Numbered from the stretch's first letter, positions 48,280 to 58,505 are shown. The stretch is 64,000 nt of DNA from Armatimonadota bacterium (GCA_052386995.1 JBQTJP010000110.1:1-64000), one strand, 5' to 3'. Notes: generated by a model not told the origin, from the sequence alone. Numbers and translations: made by a program.

Positions 48280-49428
48280 TTATGCGTGGACCCGCCGGCC
48301 ATTGCGGAGGCCGGTGTAGACCTCCGCGTACTGCGCCGCGATGCGGCCGATCTCAAAGGCCCGGCAGGCCGTGCGCGCCGCAGCCCCCATCGCCTCTCGC
48401 CGGCCGCCGTCGATGGCCAGACGCGTCACCGCGTCGGCCAGCGCCTGCTCGTCGTTGACGGCCACCAGGGCCCCGGTTTCTCCGTGGCGGACGACCTCAT
48501 CGATGCCACCGACGTCGTACGCGACGACCGGCAGGCCCGCCAGACCGGCCTCGATGATGGCCGCGGGCATCCCCTCTGTCAGGCTTGGAAGGACGAACAG
48601 GTCCGCGCCGGCAAGCAGCGCGGCCACATCGCCGGTCGTGCCCGCCAGCCACACCAGCCCGTCGAGGCCAGCGCGGTGGATCGCGGCTTCGATCGCCGGA
48701 CGCTGCGGACCATCGCCGACGAGCCACAGACGGGTCGCTACCCCGCGGCCGCGCAGCGAGGCGACGAGGCGGATCAGCGCTCCGTGGTTCTTTTCCGGAG
48801 ACAGACTGCCGACGTGCGCCAGCACGATCTCCCCCGGCGGGACCGCGGCCTTCGCACGCACCCGGGCGCGAAGGTCCGCCGACTGCGTGAGAAACGGCGC
48901 GGCGTCGACGCCGTTGGGGATGACCGCGACCCGCTGCGGAGGGAGCCCGACGCGCTCGACCAGCTCCGTCGCCGCGCGACGGCACACGGCCACGACAAGA
49001 TCGGCCTGCCGGAACCACCACCGGTACGCCGCAGCGCGCAGCGGATCGCGCCGCCAGTAGGACGGCATGCCAATGGTCCGGTAGACCAGTGGCCAGCGGC
49101 CTCGAGTGATCAGGCGCGTCGTGGCAAGGTACTTCAGCGTCGCGGCCCCATTGGCCTGAACGATCGGCTCTCCGGCCGAGGCGATGCAGTCGGCGATGGC
49201 GCGCACCAGGCGCAGCGACAGCGGCCCCGCTGGCCGGCGGTCGGTCAGCGTCCCACCCCACACCCCGGCGGTGGCGGCAGCGTCGGCAAATCGCGGGTCC
49301 CCGGGGAACAGGCCGACGATGGTCGATTCCCACGACCGATGCCGGAGCGTCGCCGACAGCTGCAGCGCGAACGTCTCCGCGCCGCGGCGCTGCGGAGCTT
49401 GGATCATCTGCAGAACGCGCTCACTCAT
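48280..49428 (-). CDS. GT4 glycosyltransferase
   Basis: RGAETF, GSLSPEKN, EGMPAAIIEAGLAG. Confidence 0.93.
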   Translation of the reverse strand: MSERVLQMIQAPQRRGAETFALQLSATLRHRSWESTIVGLFPGDPRFADAAATAGVWGGTLTDRRPAGPLSLRLVRAIADCIASAGEPIVQANGAATLKYLATTRLITRGRWPLVYRTIGMPSYWRRDPLRAAAYRWWFRQADLVVAVCRRAATELVERVGLPPQRVAVIPNGVDAAPFLTQSADLRARVRAKAAVPPGEIVLAHVGSLSPEKNHGALIRLVASLRGRGVATRLWLVGDGPQRPAIEAAIHRAGLDGLVWLAGTTGDVAALLAGADLFVLPSLTEGMPAAIIEAGLAGLPVVAYDVGGIDEVVRHGETGALVAVNDEQALADAVTRLAIDGGRREAMGAAARTACRAFEIGRIAAQYAEVYTGLRNGRRVHA

Positions 49429-50414
49429 ACGGGCGACGCGACGCGAATCTCATAGCCCCAGTGGGGCTCGCCGTCAACAAGCCTGGGGTCGATCTCCAGC
49501 CGCAGGCGCTGCCCGGCGCGAAGCCTCGGCTGCTCAAGCACGGGAAAGTACATCTGCGACCAGTTCGTCAGCGGCAGGCGCGGCGAGTTTGAGAGCGGCA
49601 CACCCGGAGTGAGTACAGCGTCAAACCAGCCGAGGAACCCATCCAGTCGTCCCTCTCGCAGCACCGAAAATTCAAGGACCTCGGCGCCCGGCGCGCTGCC
49701 ATCGCGGTGGTAATCCACGTGCCAGCAGCGGATCGGCTCTGCCAGCTCCACGAAGCGCTTTCCCGATGCCTGAACGGTCTCGGGTTCCTGATACAGCGCC
49801 CGGCGAAACAGCGAGTAGTCCCAACCATAGACGCGCTCTGGCATCCGCCCCAGGCCAAATTCCCCGGAGTGAACGGGCATGAGGACCGTGTCAGACGATT
49901 CAGGAATGATCCGCGATCCCGGCTTCAGCATCCGCCGCCGCGCATCCGCCACGTACTCGATGATGTTCTCATTGTCGAACCCACACGTGCTGAGCGTCTC
50001 GGTGACCAGGAGATCACCCCGTTCCGGCAGGTCTACGTGCCTCGAGTTCCCCCGGACGAGAATCACGCGGTCCCCGAGCCCGTTTTGCTCGATCAACTGC
50101 CTGGTCAGGTCCGCGATGGGACCGAGCTCTATCGCATACACGCGCTTCGCACCCGCCTGGACGGCAAAGAAGGAGAGCAGGCCGGTGCCGGCGCCCAGAT
50201 CCACCACCACGTCCTGAGGACCCACCGTGCGCGCCAAAGCGTCACGGTACGCTTCGCAGCGCGCGGTATCGAGCAGCATCTTCTCCTGCATCTTCGGGCT
50301 GGCAAAGTTTTCGGCGACACGCAATTCGCGCAGGAGCGGCCAGTGGGCCGCGCGCTTGAGCACGCCGCGGAGCCTCCACAGCCCAGACGCCAGCAACCGT
50401 CGCGCCAGCCCCAT
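49425..50414 (-). CDS. PRMT-like class I SAM methyltransferase
   Basis: MLLDTARCEAY, DLGAGTGLLS, KRVYAIE, LLVTETL..GFDNE, GFLGWFD, LTNWSQ. Confidence 0.8.
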   Translation of the reverse strand: MGLARRLLASGLWRLRGVLKRAAHWPLLRELRVAENFASPKMQEKMLLDTARCEAYRDALARTVGPQDVVVDLGAGTGLLSFFAVQAGAKRVYAIELGPIADLTRQLIEQNGLGDRVILVRGNSRHVDLPERGDLLVTETLSTCGFDNENIIEYVADARRRMLKPGSRIIPESSDTVLMPVHSGEFGLGRMPERVYGWDYSLFRRALYQEPETVQASGKRFVELAEPIRCWHVDYHRDGSAPGAEVLEFSVLREGRLDGFLGWFDAVLTPGVPLSNSPRLPLTNWSQMYFPVLEQPRLRAGQRLRLEIDPRLVDGEPHWGYEIRVASPV

Positions 50415-50424
50415 GCCGCTGCTC

Positions 50425-51408
50425 CTATGCCGGCTTTTGGATCACGAGGTTGGAAATCATCGGCATGGCCGCGGTGATGGGAACCCGCGTCCACCTCGTG
50501 ATGGAATGGTAGATCACGGATTCAAAGACACGCCTCTTCCAACTCTGCGCGCCTCCCGTGTAGTTGACGTGCCGGTCGTGACCCGGCAGCCCGTTCACCA
50601 CGCGTAACGGCCGGCCGCGAAGGTAGCGCACGATCTCGAAGAACGTGGCTCCCCACGCCCCTCGTTCTTCCAGGCCCAAGGGCCCGTCGGAGTGCGTCGC
50701 GGGGTTATCGATGTGCTGTCCTGCACGGACCGCCCTGGCGTACGCCCACATCGACCCTGGCGAGCTCCACGGAATCCACCACAAGCCGGTCGTGTGAGAA
50801 TCCTTTGGCCACAGCCTGTTCGGCGTCTCGTTGATGTACAGATGGCCCCCCGGGTTGAGGGCATCGAACAGCCGCGCGACCACCCGTCGCCTCAGGCCCC
50901 TGATCGACAGGGGGAGATGCTCGAGCACGGCATGGAGCAGGATGAAATCGAAGGTCCCCACGTCTGCGGCGATCTCTTCGAAATCGCGCGCCCACACCAC
51001 CCGAACGCTGTCGAGCAGCCGGTGCTCTTCCAGCCTCTTGAGGCACACGGCGACGCTCTTCTCATCGATATCGAAGGCCACGAGCCGCTCACAGTGCGGG
51101 GCAAGCGCGGCTGTCGCAGACCCCGTGCCGCAGCCAAAGTCCAGGACACGCTTGGCCGAGAGATCGCCGCAGTGGTATCGAATCTCGGGATACAACTGCG
51201 TCTCGAACCGACCCAACCGGCTGTCCGGCCCACCCATGTGTTCGGCAATGTAATCCTCATAGGCCGGCAGGCCCTCCTTGCCCCTGTGCAGGTCGACGAT
51301 GAGCCGCTTGAACTCCTGGGAATAGTCGCGAGTGCATCCGGAAAGCCTCACTTCCACGCAATGGTCCACGTCAACGCGTTCTTCTGGGATCAGCAGCCCC
51401 TGGCGCAT
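50425..51408 (-). CDS. Class I SAM-dependent methyltransferase
   Basis: VLDFGCGTG, AVLEHL, LNPGG, ETPNRLWP.DSHTT. Confidence 0.88.
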   Translation of the reverse strand: MRQGLLIPEERVDVDHCVEVRLSGCTRDYSQEFKRLIVDLHRGKEGLPAYEDYIAEHMGGPDSRLGRFETQLYPEIRYHCGDLSAKRVLDFGCGTGSATAALAPHCERLVAFDIDEKSVAVCLKRLEEHRLLDSVRVVWARDFEEIAADVGTFDFILLHAVLEHLPLSIRGLRRRVVARLFDALNPGGHLYINETPNRLWPKDSHTTGLWWIPWSSPGSMWAYARAVRAGQHIDNPATHSDGPLGLEERGAWGATFFEIVRYLRGRPLRVVNGLPGHDRHVNYTGGAQSWKRRVFESVIYHSITRWTRVPITAAMPMISNLVIQKPA

Positions 51409-51463
51409 CCGAATTCTCTCTCATCGCCATATCGCCGCCAGATCGACAACCGCACCAATCCTT

Positions 51464-53041
51464 TCAGGGTCCGTCTCGGCCGATCAGGGCGCCTGCACTG
51501 AGCCGCGCGCCTTCGCTCCCATCCATCTCGGCAAGCCCGCCTTCTGCACGCCCTCCGGCCCGCCCAAAGTTTCCGCGAAGCATATCGATGAATGTGAACA
51601 CCACCTGGCGCTCGGTCAAGAGGATGACCGCTCCGTAGACAACAATCCCGACGGCGACCTCGAGGATCAGGGTCACGAGCGCGGCGGTGCCCGCCGCCTT
51701 CAGCGCCCAATCCACCAGCACCACGCTCGCGATCATGACGGCGCATCCCACGAGGCTCGATCGCACCGCCTCCCACACGTCGTGGGCCGTTATCCCCAGC
51801 ACCGACGCCACAAAGCGATGCTGGACCGGCACCAGAATCGCGGTAGCGGCGAGATATCCGGCGGCCACGCCGACGATGCCCCACCGCAGCCCGATGGCAA
51901 ACGCCGGGAGGTACAGCAGCAGCGAAAGAAACGTCCATCGCAGCTGCAGATCAGCGCGACCGGCCGCGAGGAGTCCGCTGAACCACAAGGTCGTCACCAG
52001 CTGAAACGTCCCCGCAAACGCCAGGACGCGTATGACCGGGGCCGATGGCAGCCATTTTGCGCCGAAGACCACCTCGACCGCCGGCGAGGCAACCAGCGCC
52101 AGCCCGACCATGACCGGCAGGGCTATGATCGCGACATGTTGCGTCGCAATGAGAAACCCCCGCCTGAGCCGAGCCGTGTCATGCTGGACCTTGGAAAAGG
52201 CCGACAACATCACCTGATGGAGCGGCGCGGCAACGTCCTGGAGCGGGATCCGGAACGCCGTATACGCGAGCGCATAGTACCCCAGAGCAATTGGGCCAAG
52301 GAACCGGCCGATCAGCAGGTTGTCGAGATTTCGGATGAAGTAGCTAAAGAGCCGCGAGAGCGTGAGCGGCGTGCTGAACGACCAGAGATCCTTGAACTTC
52401 GGCCATGAGAATCGCAGGGTCGGCTTCCACCGCGTGGCGAGATAGTAGGCAACCGGGGCCGTGGCGGAGCCGGCAAGCGCTTTGCCTACCAGACTCCAGA
52501 CACCCGTGCCGGCCAGGGCCATCCCGAGCCCGGTCAGGCCGCCGACAACCACCGCGGCCGCGTCGCACAACGCCAGCGCACGGTACTCCATGCGGCGCGC
52601 AGCGAGCGCGAAGTGCGTCACCCATGTGGCGGAGATCACGATGCGGAAGGAGAGGATGACGAGCACCGTCTCCGCGAGCGGATCCGCCAGAAACGCGCCG
52701 GCCAGAGGGGCAGCGGCGAGCGCGATTGCGAACAGAAACGCCCCGACGACCAGGCTCGTCCAGAAGGCTGTCGAGAGGTATTCATCGTCCACATCACGCC
52801 GCTGGATGATCGCCGACCCACCGCCGGCTTCAAGGAAGAGCTCGAGGAATCCCACAACCACCCACCCGATGGCGATAAGACCATAGTCACGAGGAAGGAG
52901 GAGTCGAACCAGAATGACTGTGAACACCTGGTCCAACCCTCGCGCCGCGACACGCTGGCCTCCCAGCCAGAACATGCCTTGCATCGCGGCCGCGCGAATG
53001 CGCGGCACCGGATGGCCGTGGGGCCGCACGGTCTCGACCAT
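51464..53041 (-). CDS. wzx: Wzx-type polysaccharide flippase 2
   Basis: RLLLPRDYGL, STAFWT, NLDNLLIGRFLG; close paralog of 31582-33102. Confidence 0.9.
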   Translation of the reverse strand: MVETVRPHGHPVPRIRAAAMQGMFWLGGQRVAARGLDQVFTVILVRLLLPRDYGLIAIGWVVVGFLELFLEAGGGSAIIQRRDVDDEYLSTAFWTSLVVGAFLFAIALAAAPLAGAFLADPLAETVLVILSFRIVISATWVTHFALAARRMEYRALALCDAAAVVVGGLTGLGMALAGTGVWSLVGKALAGSATAPVAYYLATRWKPTLRFSWPKFKDLWSFSTPLTLSRLFSYFIRNLDNLLIGRFLGPIALGYYALAYTAFRIPLQDVAAPLHQVMLSAFSKVQHDTARLRRGFLIATQHVAIIALPVMVGLALVASPAVEVVFGAKWLPSAPVIRVLAFAGTFQLVTTLWFSGLLAAGRADLQLRWTFLSLLLYLPAFAIGLRWGIVGVAAGYLAATAILVPVQHRFVASVLGITAHDVWEAVRSSLVGCAVMIASVVLVDWALKAAGTAALVTLILEVAVGIVVYGAVILLTERQVVFTFIDMLRGNFGRAGGRAEGGLAEMDGSEGARLSAGALIGRDGP

Positions 53042-53043
53042 CG

Positions 53044-53412
53044 TCAAGAGTCTCTAACGGCGTAGATAATGGAAGGATCTAGTCCGGCCGGCCCCGGAAG
53101 CACGCTGAAACCCTCGCCGATTTCCATTTCGGGAATCGCGGTGTAGGACCGCCGTTCAAAAATCTCCTTGATGAATCCGAAGTCCACGCGGGCCCAGTGG
53201 AGCTTCTTCCCTCGGAAGGGACGCCGGAAGCTTACCCGTCCCAGACGATCGTAAATGGCCGCGAGCGCCCTCCGTCTCGTCAACGACACCCACGACAGCA
53301 GCAGGAACCGCATGGTGACACGCGGGCCGAACCAGCGCCACGCCGTACCGCTGAGCGCGAGCAGTCTCCTGGCACCGCGCAAGCGAGACCTCAAAAACGT
53401 GCTCGGTGCCAC
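53044..53412 (-). pseudogene. Probable truncated FkbM-type methyltransferase (N-terminal remnant)
   Basis: VDFGFIKEIFERRSY...IGEGFSVL then breaks where the DxGAN SAM motif would be expected. Confidence 0.45.
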
Positions 53413-53427
53413 TGCCTTCCCCTTCCA

Positions 53428-54624
53428 TCAGGCTCTCTCAACCCGCGAGCCATCGAGATGCGCAGAGGCGGCATGGTCCGACTCGCCATGCACAAGCGCC
53501 TCGTAGAGATGCTGATAGGCTTCAGCCATCTGGCCGATGTCGAATAGCCGTCGCGCTCGCTCTTGACCTGCTTCACCCAACTGCTTCCTACGGGCGGCAT
53601 CTCGAAGGAGTTCTGTGGTCGCCCGGATGAGCGCGCCGGCATCTCCGGGCAGACAGAGACGCCCGGTGCGCCCTTCTTGAACCTGATCCACGACGCCACC
53701 GACGCTTGTGGCGACAACCGGTAGACCCGCCGCCATGGACTCCAGGATGGTGAGAGGAAAACTCTCGTAGTTTGACGTCGACAAGAAAAGATCCGATGCG
53801 TGGTAAAGATCCACAAGGTCCGTCCTGAGCCCCAGAAATCTGATCGCGTTCTGCAGACCCTCCTTGCGAACGGCGCTCTCGAGTGCTGGGCGTTCCGGTC
53901 CATCACCGGCTACCAGAAAAACCGCCCTGTCGACCGTCGCGGCCACCTGACGGGCCACCTCGACGAACAGCGCGACATTCTTGACCGGCACGACCCGAGC
54001 CATGTACAGCACCACTAATGCGTCGTCCGAAAGCTGGTTGCGCCTGCGCCATACGTGACGCGGCGTGCGCGGGGACGCAAAGGACGCCGTGTCGATGCCA
54101 GTAAGGATCATCGCAATCGAGTCCGCACCGAGCCCAAACGCTTTGGCGACATTGTCGCGCGTGTCGGTGGAGTGCACGACAGGTCGATAGCCCAGCCGGC
54201 GGGCCATGAATCTCTGGCTTGCGGTATTGAGCCGCGACAGTTGGCCGCCGTCCGGGCCGGTATGGATATCCAGGAGCCTGCCCCTGACGGCCCGACCGAG
54301 AAGATCAGACGGGATCGCATACCACGCGATCCCGGTATACGCGTGCAACACATCTGGCCGAACCTTCCGCACCACGTGCGCCAGTTCCCACATCAGCCTG
54401 CCCTGCAGCCCGATGCCGGCATCCCGCGGCATGTTCAGGGGATGGAACGTCACGTGATTCCCGATCTCGGCGAGGTCGTCTTCGGGGAGCAGTGGCCTCG
54501 CGGTGCAGGCGTGGAGCTCAAAACGCTCGTTGTTCACCCGTCGCAAGAGATCGCGGATAAACCGTGGCACACCGCCCGCCTTAGACAGCCTCCAGGTGAA
54601 ATGGAGCACGCGAATCCGTCTCAT
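53428..54624 (-). CDS. GT4 glycosyltransferase
   Basis: GGVPRF, ARVVPVKN, ESFPLTILESMAAG. Confidence 0.92.
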   Translation of the reverse strand: MRRIRVLHFTWRLSKAGGVPRFIRDLLRRVNNERFELHACTARPLLPEDDLAEIGNHVTFHPLNMPRDAGIGLQGRLMWELAHVVRKVRPDVLHAYTGIAWYAIPSDLLGRAVRGRLLDIHTGPDGGQLSRLNTASQRFMARRLGYRPVVHSTDTRDNVAKAFGLGADSIAMILTGIDTASFASPRTPRHVWRRRNQLSDDALVVLYMARVVPVKNVALFVEVARQVAATVDRAVFLVAGDGPERPALESAVRKEGLQNAIRFLGLRTDLVDLYHASDLFLSTSNYESFPLTILESMAAGLPVVATSVGGVVDQVQEGRTGRLCLPGDAGALIRATTELLRDAARRKQLGEAGQERARRLFDIGQMAEAYQHLYEALVHGESDHAASAHLDGSRVERA

Positions 54625-55826
54625 GTGCGCGCGGGGATTCCTTGGGCGCGGGCGCCGCCATCGACAGCGACGCTTTGGAACAGTGCCTCGAGGGCCGCCA
54701 CGACGGTCACAATATCGTAGCGTGAGCGCACCCATGTGCGCCCGTCCTCGCCAAGCTGCCTGGCGAACTCGCGATCCTCTGCCAGGCGCAGGAGTTGAGC
54801 GGCGAGGCTTGCAGGCGACTGTGGGTCGGCCAGCAACGCCACGGTGCCGTCCCCTGTGACCTCGCGAAGCACGGGTATCCGACTAGCCACGCATGGTTTG
54901 CCCGCCGCCATTGCTTCCAGCAGGGCATTTCCAATGCCCTCATAGAGCGACGGGAACACAAAGATGTCGGCCGCCTGCAGCAATGCGGGGATGTCTCGCC
55001 GCTCGCCAAGCAGCGTCACATGGTCACCCAGGCCTTGCGCCCGGATTGACTGCTCCAGCGTGGAGTGAAACCACCCGTCGCCAGCGAGAACGAGGCGTGC
55101 CCGCGGAAACCTGGTCAGGACCTCCTTCATCGCGGCAATGGCGTAGGGCTGTCCCTTCTGCGGGACGAGCCGGGCCACGTTCAAGATGACCGGATAGGCG
55201 TCTTCCCATCCCAGGGCTGCCCGAACCGCCCGTGGGTCGCCCCCCTCGCGCGCGGCATAGTCATCCAGCGCCAGCCCCCGCGGAATCACGGCGATGCACT
55301 CCGGGCGTAGCCCCAACTGGCGCACCGCCGACGCTTTGACGCTTTGGGTGATTGCCACGAATCGGGTTCCCCACCATCTGGCAGTCAGCCCGTCCAAAGC
55401 CTGCGTGATCCAGACCTTCCAGCCCTTCACGTGAGGGTTGTCCAGGCGCCACTCCGGCTCGTAGGTCGTATTGACTAGGGTCGTGATGACCGGGATCCCG
55501 GTCACTCTCCCGACGCACCGGCTCGCGATACCCGGACGGTAGAGGGCGGCGTGAAGAAGATCCGGCGCGAGGGCTCGGACGAGACGCCACAGCCGGACCG
55601 CTGCACGACCCAGATCCCTCCTGGACGTAACGCCGAGGATGTGGACAGGGATACCGAGCCCTTCCAGATCCGCGACAAAGCGGCCGCCCTCCGAGAGCGC
55701 ACACACCTCGTGACGAAAGCGGCGTGGGTCTGAGCGCGACAGGAACGCGATCATCTGCCGCTCCGTCCCTCCGGTGTCCAGGTCATCAAGGACATGCAAA
55801 ATGGTGATCCGACGACTATCAGCCAT
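54621..55826 (-). CDS. GT4 glycosyltransferase
   Basis: GGTERQ, ARLVPQKG, EGIGNALLEAMAAG. Confidence 0.93.
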   Translation of the reverse strand: MADSRRITILHVLDDLDTGGTERQMIAFLSRSDPRRFRHEVCALSEGGRFVADLEGLGIPVHILGVTSRRDLGRAAVRLWRLVRALAPDLLHAALYRPGIASRCVGRVTGIPVITTLVNTTYEPEWRLDNPHVKGWKVWITQALDGLTARWWGTRFVAITQSVKASAVRQLGLRPECIAVIPRGLALDDYAAREGGDPRAVRAALGWEDAYPVILNVARLVPQKGQPYAIAAMKEVLTRFPRARLVLAGDGWFHSTLEQSIRAQGLGDHVTLLGERRDIPALLQAADIFVFPSLYEGIGNALLEAMAAGKPCVASRIPVLREVTGDGTVALLADPQSPASLAAQLLRLAEDREFARQLGEDGRTWVRSRYDIVTVVAALEALFQSVAVDGGARAQGIPART

Positions 55827-55960
55827 TGGACGGCATCGGCAGGCTATCGAGTTGAGCTGTGTCTGATGGAGGGCTCTCTATGATCGATCCGTGCCTTGCG
55901 ACGTCCGCCCTGGGGGGTCGACACCCTCCGACCGCCCCAGGGCAGCAATCTCAGACGAAC

Positions 55961-58444
55961 CTAGAACCTTCTCACTCGAAGTACACGGCTGGCATTGACA
56001 GTCCCATTGCTGCCGATCCCCAGAGCCCAGAAGTACGCCCGGCGCGGCGGGTGGCTGCCCATGCTGAAGCTCATCGAGGCGAACCCGCGGACCGTTCGCA
56101 CCCGCTCGAGTCTCTGGTTGGCCTGGTAGAACTCGACCTCGGCTGCGTTGGTCTCCACGGTCAAGGTAATCGTCCCGGTGGCCACGAGGTCATCGTTCGG
56201 CGCCGACCACCGCACGCGCGGCGTCTGTGGGCGGGTCCCCGTGCCATCGTTGTCCCTGCGGCGGGCGTTGTACTCAGAGTCCACAACGCCCGCCGCTCCA
56301 TCCTCTCTGTGGAAGAGCGTAAAGTCTCCTGGGCGCGAGAGCCCGCGCTGCTGGCGGAATCGCAGCTGGCTGCCCGGTGGAGGTGCATCGGCCCCGCCGA
56401 ACCAGATGCCGCGGCTCGGCGAGAACTGTACGCGCGCGAATTGCACCACCGATCGCTCACCCGGGCCATTACGGTCCTGCGAGTGCCGCACGTTGAAGGC
56501 CGTGACGTTCCGGACGACACCGTCCTCATAGACCGAATCGAAGCTTGACGCCGCAACGTACGACTGGATCTCAACACCAGTCGCCCCGACGCCCATGCCG
56601 TCGGCGAGGAACCCCGTGAATCCCCACAGCGCGGGAACTGACCCGGCATGGCCACTCGTCCAGTGCGCGATCTGCGCATGTCGGTTGCCCAGCGATCTAA
56701 GCCCGTGCAGCCAGTAGGCCGTGATGTAGGCTCCCCACCCGAGGCCGACTTCATTCCTCCACGTCAGGAGGTCGACGATACGCTGAGTGGGCGTGAGATT
56801 CTGCCATGAGTGAAATCCCATGGCCGTATTGGAATTCGCTTCCGCCCGAAACACGTGGGGCGTTTCTCCGTAGTCCGTCCCGCCCTCAGGCCAGTGAATT
56901 CCCGACGACCGCGCGGAAGGGAATCCGTCCGCGGCGCTGCTTCCGGCCGCGACTGCCCCGACGATCGCGCAGTTGCGGCTTCCGTCCATCCAGATGCCGG
57001 CGTTGCGGGCATTCCGGCTGTTCCCCCATCGCATGACCAGCACGCGATCGAGCCAGCAATCGTCCGCCGCGTGATACTGGTTGTGGTTCGGCCCGACCGC
57101 ATTGACGCAGAAGGACTCGAACCGGCACTCCAGCATCACCGGGGTTGTGCTTTCTATATCGTCTTGCCGCGCATTGCGGACGGAATGCCGGGAGTGGTCG
57201 TAGACCACGAGGTCCTCCACGGTGATGCCGAAGGAGCCGTGGATATGCAGACCGTCCCCGGGCCCGCCGGCCAGGACAACGCGGCGGAGGTAACTGCCCC
57301 GCGAACCGTCAAGCTGCCTGTGACTGTGCCAGGCGTACCGGCCCATGGGCTCCCGTGTGGGCGCCGGCGAGAAGTTGTAGACTGCCAGGTTCTCGACATA
57401 GTACCTCGCGCGGTCCATAAACATCACATGCGGCCGGTGATTCGGGTCGCCCGCCTCGAAGATGACATTGCTCGTCAGGTTGGCCACCTTGGCCGTCAAC
57501 CGCTCCGTCCAGGAGTCGCCCCACGCGTCCTGCCAGCCGACTGAGAGCGCCTCATGTGTGTACCGCAAGCCCGAATCCAGCTGGAACCGGCCGTGACCGA
57601 GGTCGGCGGTGATCCGGCGCACTTCGTCCTGGTGATCGTTCTCGTTGGCCCGCAGATTCGACGGTCCCACGACCACTCGATCGCCCACCCTCCAGCCGGC
57701 CGCAAAAGCGGGATCGACGGCAATCTCAGCGCTCCCGGCTCGTGCTGTCTCGGTCAGCGGGGACCAGGTGTCCCGATAGACGCCGGCTACCCACACTTGA
57801 GCGCTGTCTATGGCCCACAGGCCCACATCGGTCGCGAGGGGCGCCATCACGTTGCCACCAACATACTGGCCCTCGTTCAGGAACCACCGGATGGAGGCCG
57901 GAACCGTGACTCGATCGCTCGCGCGGCCGTAGTCCAGCACCCCCCGGACAACGAGGTTGCCATAGAGCGTGAGCCGCGAGGCCCTGCCACGGCTCGCGCG
58001 GAGCGTACCGTCGACCGTGACTGTCCGGGCTTCCGCGGCTTCCGTGTCGACTTCGATCACTCGCCCCGCCGGAATGACGACATCGTTGTCCCGTGTGGGG
58101 ACGCGGCCGGACGGCCACGTCGCGGGGTCGCTCCAGCGAAGCCCTCCGGATGATGGAGGAGGGGTTGGCGGGATCGGCGTGCGCGATGGGACGGGCGCGG
58201 GCGGTGTTGGTGCGCCCGGGGTCGGGGCGGGTGTTGGCGCAGGCGTCGGCTGCGACGGCGGCGGTGTGGGCTGTCCTGGCGTGGGCTGACCTGGAGCCGG
58301 CGTAGGTGGCGCAGGTGGTGAAGTGGGCTGCGGTGTCGGTCGCGGTTTTCCACCAGGCGGCGGCTGGGCAGAAATCAGATTCGGAGAGGGGAGCGCGAGG
58401 GTGAGGGCGACGAGGAGTGAGAGGGAGAGAAGACGCAGACGCAC
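55961..58444 (-). CDS. Secreted G8-domain / parallel beta-helix protein with Pro-rich linker
   Basis: Signal peptide; Pro/Thr linker; WSDPATWPSGRVP..DVVIPAG (G8 start); AKVANLTSNV; MGRYAWHSH; LHIHGS; GGAGG RBS. Confidence 0.8.
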   Translation of the reverse strand: MRLRLLSLSLLVALTLALPSPNLISAQPPPGGKPRPTPQPTSPPAPPTPAPGQPTPGQPTPPPSQPTPAPTPAPTPGAPTPPAPVPSRTPIPPTPPPSSGGLRWSDPATWPSGRVPTRDNDVVIPAGRVIEVDTEAAEARTVTVDGTLRASRGRASRLTLYGNLVVRGVLDYGRASDRVTVPASIRWFLNEGQYVGGNVMAPLATDVGLWAIDSAQVWVAGVYRDTWSPLTETARAGSAEIAVDPAFAAGWRVGDRVVVGPSNLRANENDHQDEVRRITADLGHGRFQLDSGLRYTHEALSVGWQDAWGDSWTERLTAKVANLTSNVIFEAGDPNHRPHVMFMDRARYYVENLAVYNFSPAPTREPMGRYAWHSHRQLDGSRGSYLRRVVLAGGPGDGLHIHGSFGITVEDLVVYDHSRHSVRNARQDDIESTTPVMLECRFESFCVNAVGPNHNQYHAADDCWLDRVLVMRWGNSRNARNAGIWMDGSRNCAIVGAVAAGSSAADGFPSARSSGIHWPEGGTDYGETPHVFRAEANSNTAMGFHSWQNLTPTQRIVDLLTWRNEVGLGWGAYITAYWLHGLRSLGNRHAQIAHWTSGHAGSVPALWGFTGFLADGMGVGATGVEIQSYVAASSFDSVYEDGVVRNVTAFNVRHSQDRNGPGERSVVQFARVQFSPSRGIWFGGADAPPPGSQLRFRQQRGLSRPGDFTLFHREDGAAGVVDSEYNARRRDNDGTGTRPQTPRVRWSAPNDDLVATGTITLTVETNAAEVEFYQANQRLERVRTVRGFASMSFSMGSHPPRRAYFWALGIGSNGTVNASRVLRVRRF
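58150..58366 (-). repeat. Low-complexity Pro/Thr/Gln-rich coding repeats (PTPAP, PGQPTP)
   Basis: QPPPGGKPRPTPQPTSPPAPPTPAPGQPTPGQPTPPPSQPTPAPTPAPTPGAPTPPAPVP. Confidence 0.75.
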
Positions 58445-58505
58445 GGATCACCTCCGATTTATCCAGAAGCTCTCCGTCGGTCGGGGAACGCTGCAGGACC
58501 GTCCT

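Noticed and set aside
58150..58366. Repeat-like DNA as a CRISPR or tandem array
   Set aside because: Explained by Pro-rich coding sequence; no repeat-spacer structure, rRNA or tRNA was seen in the window
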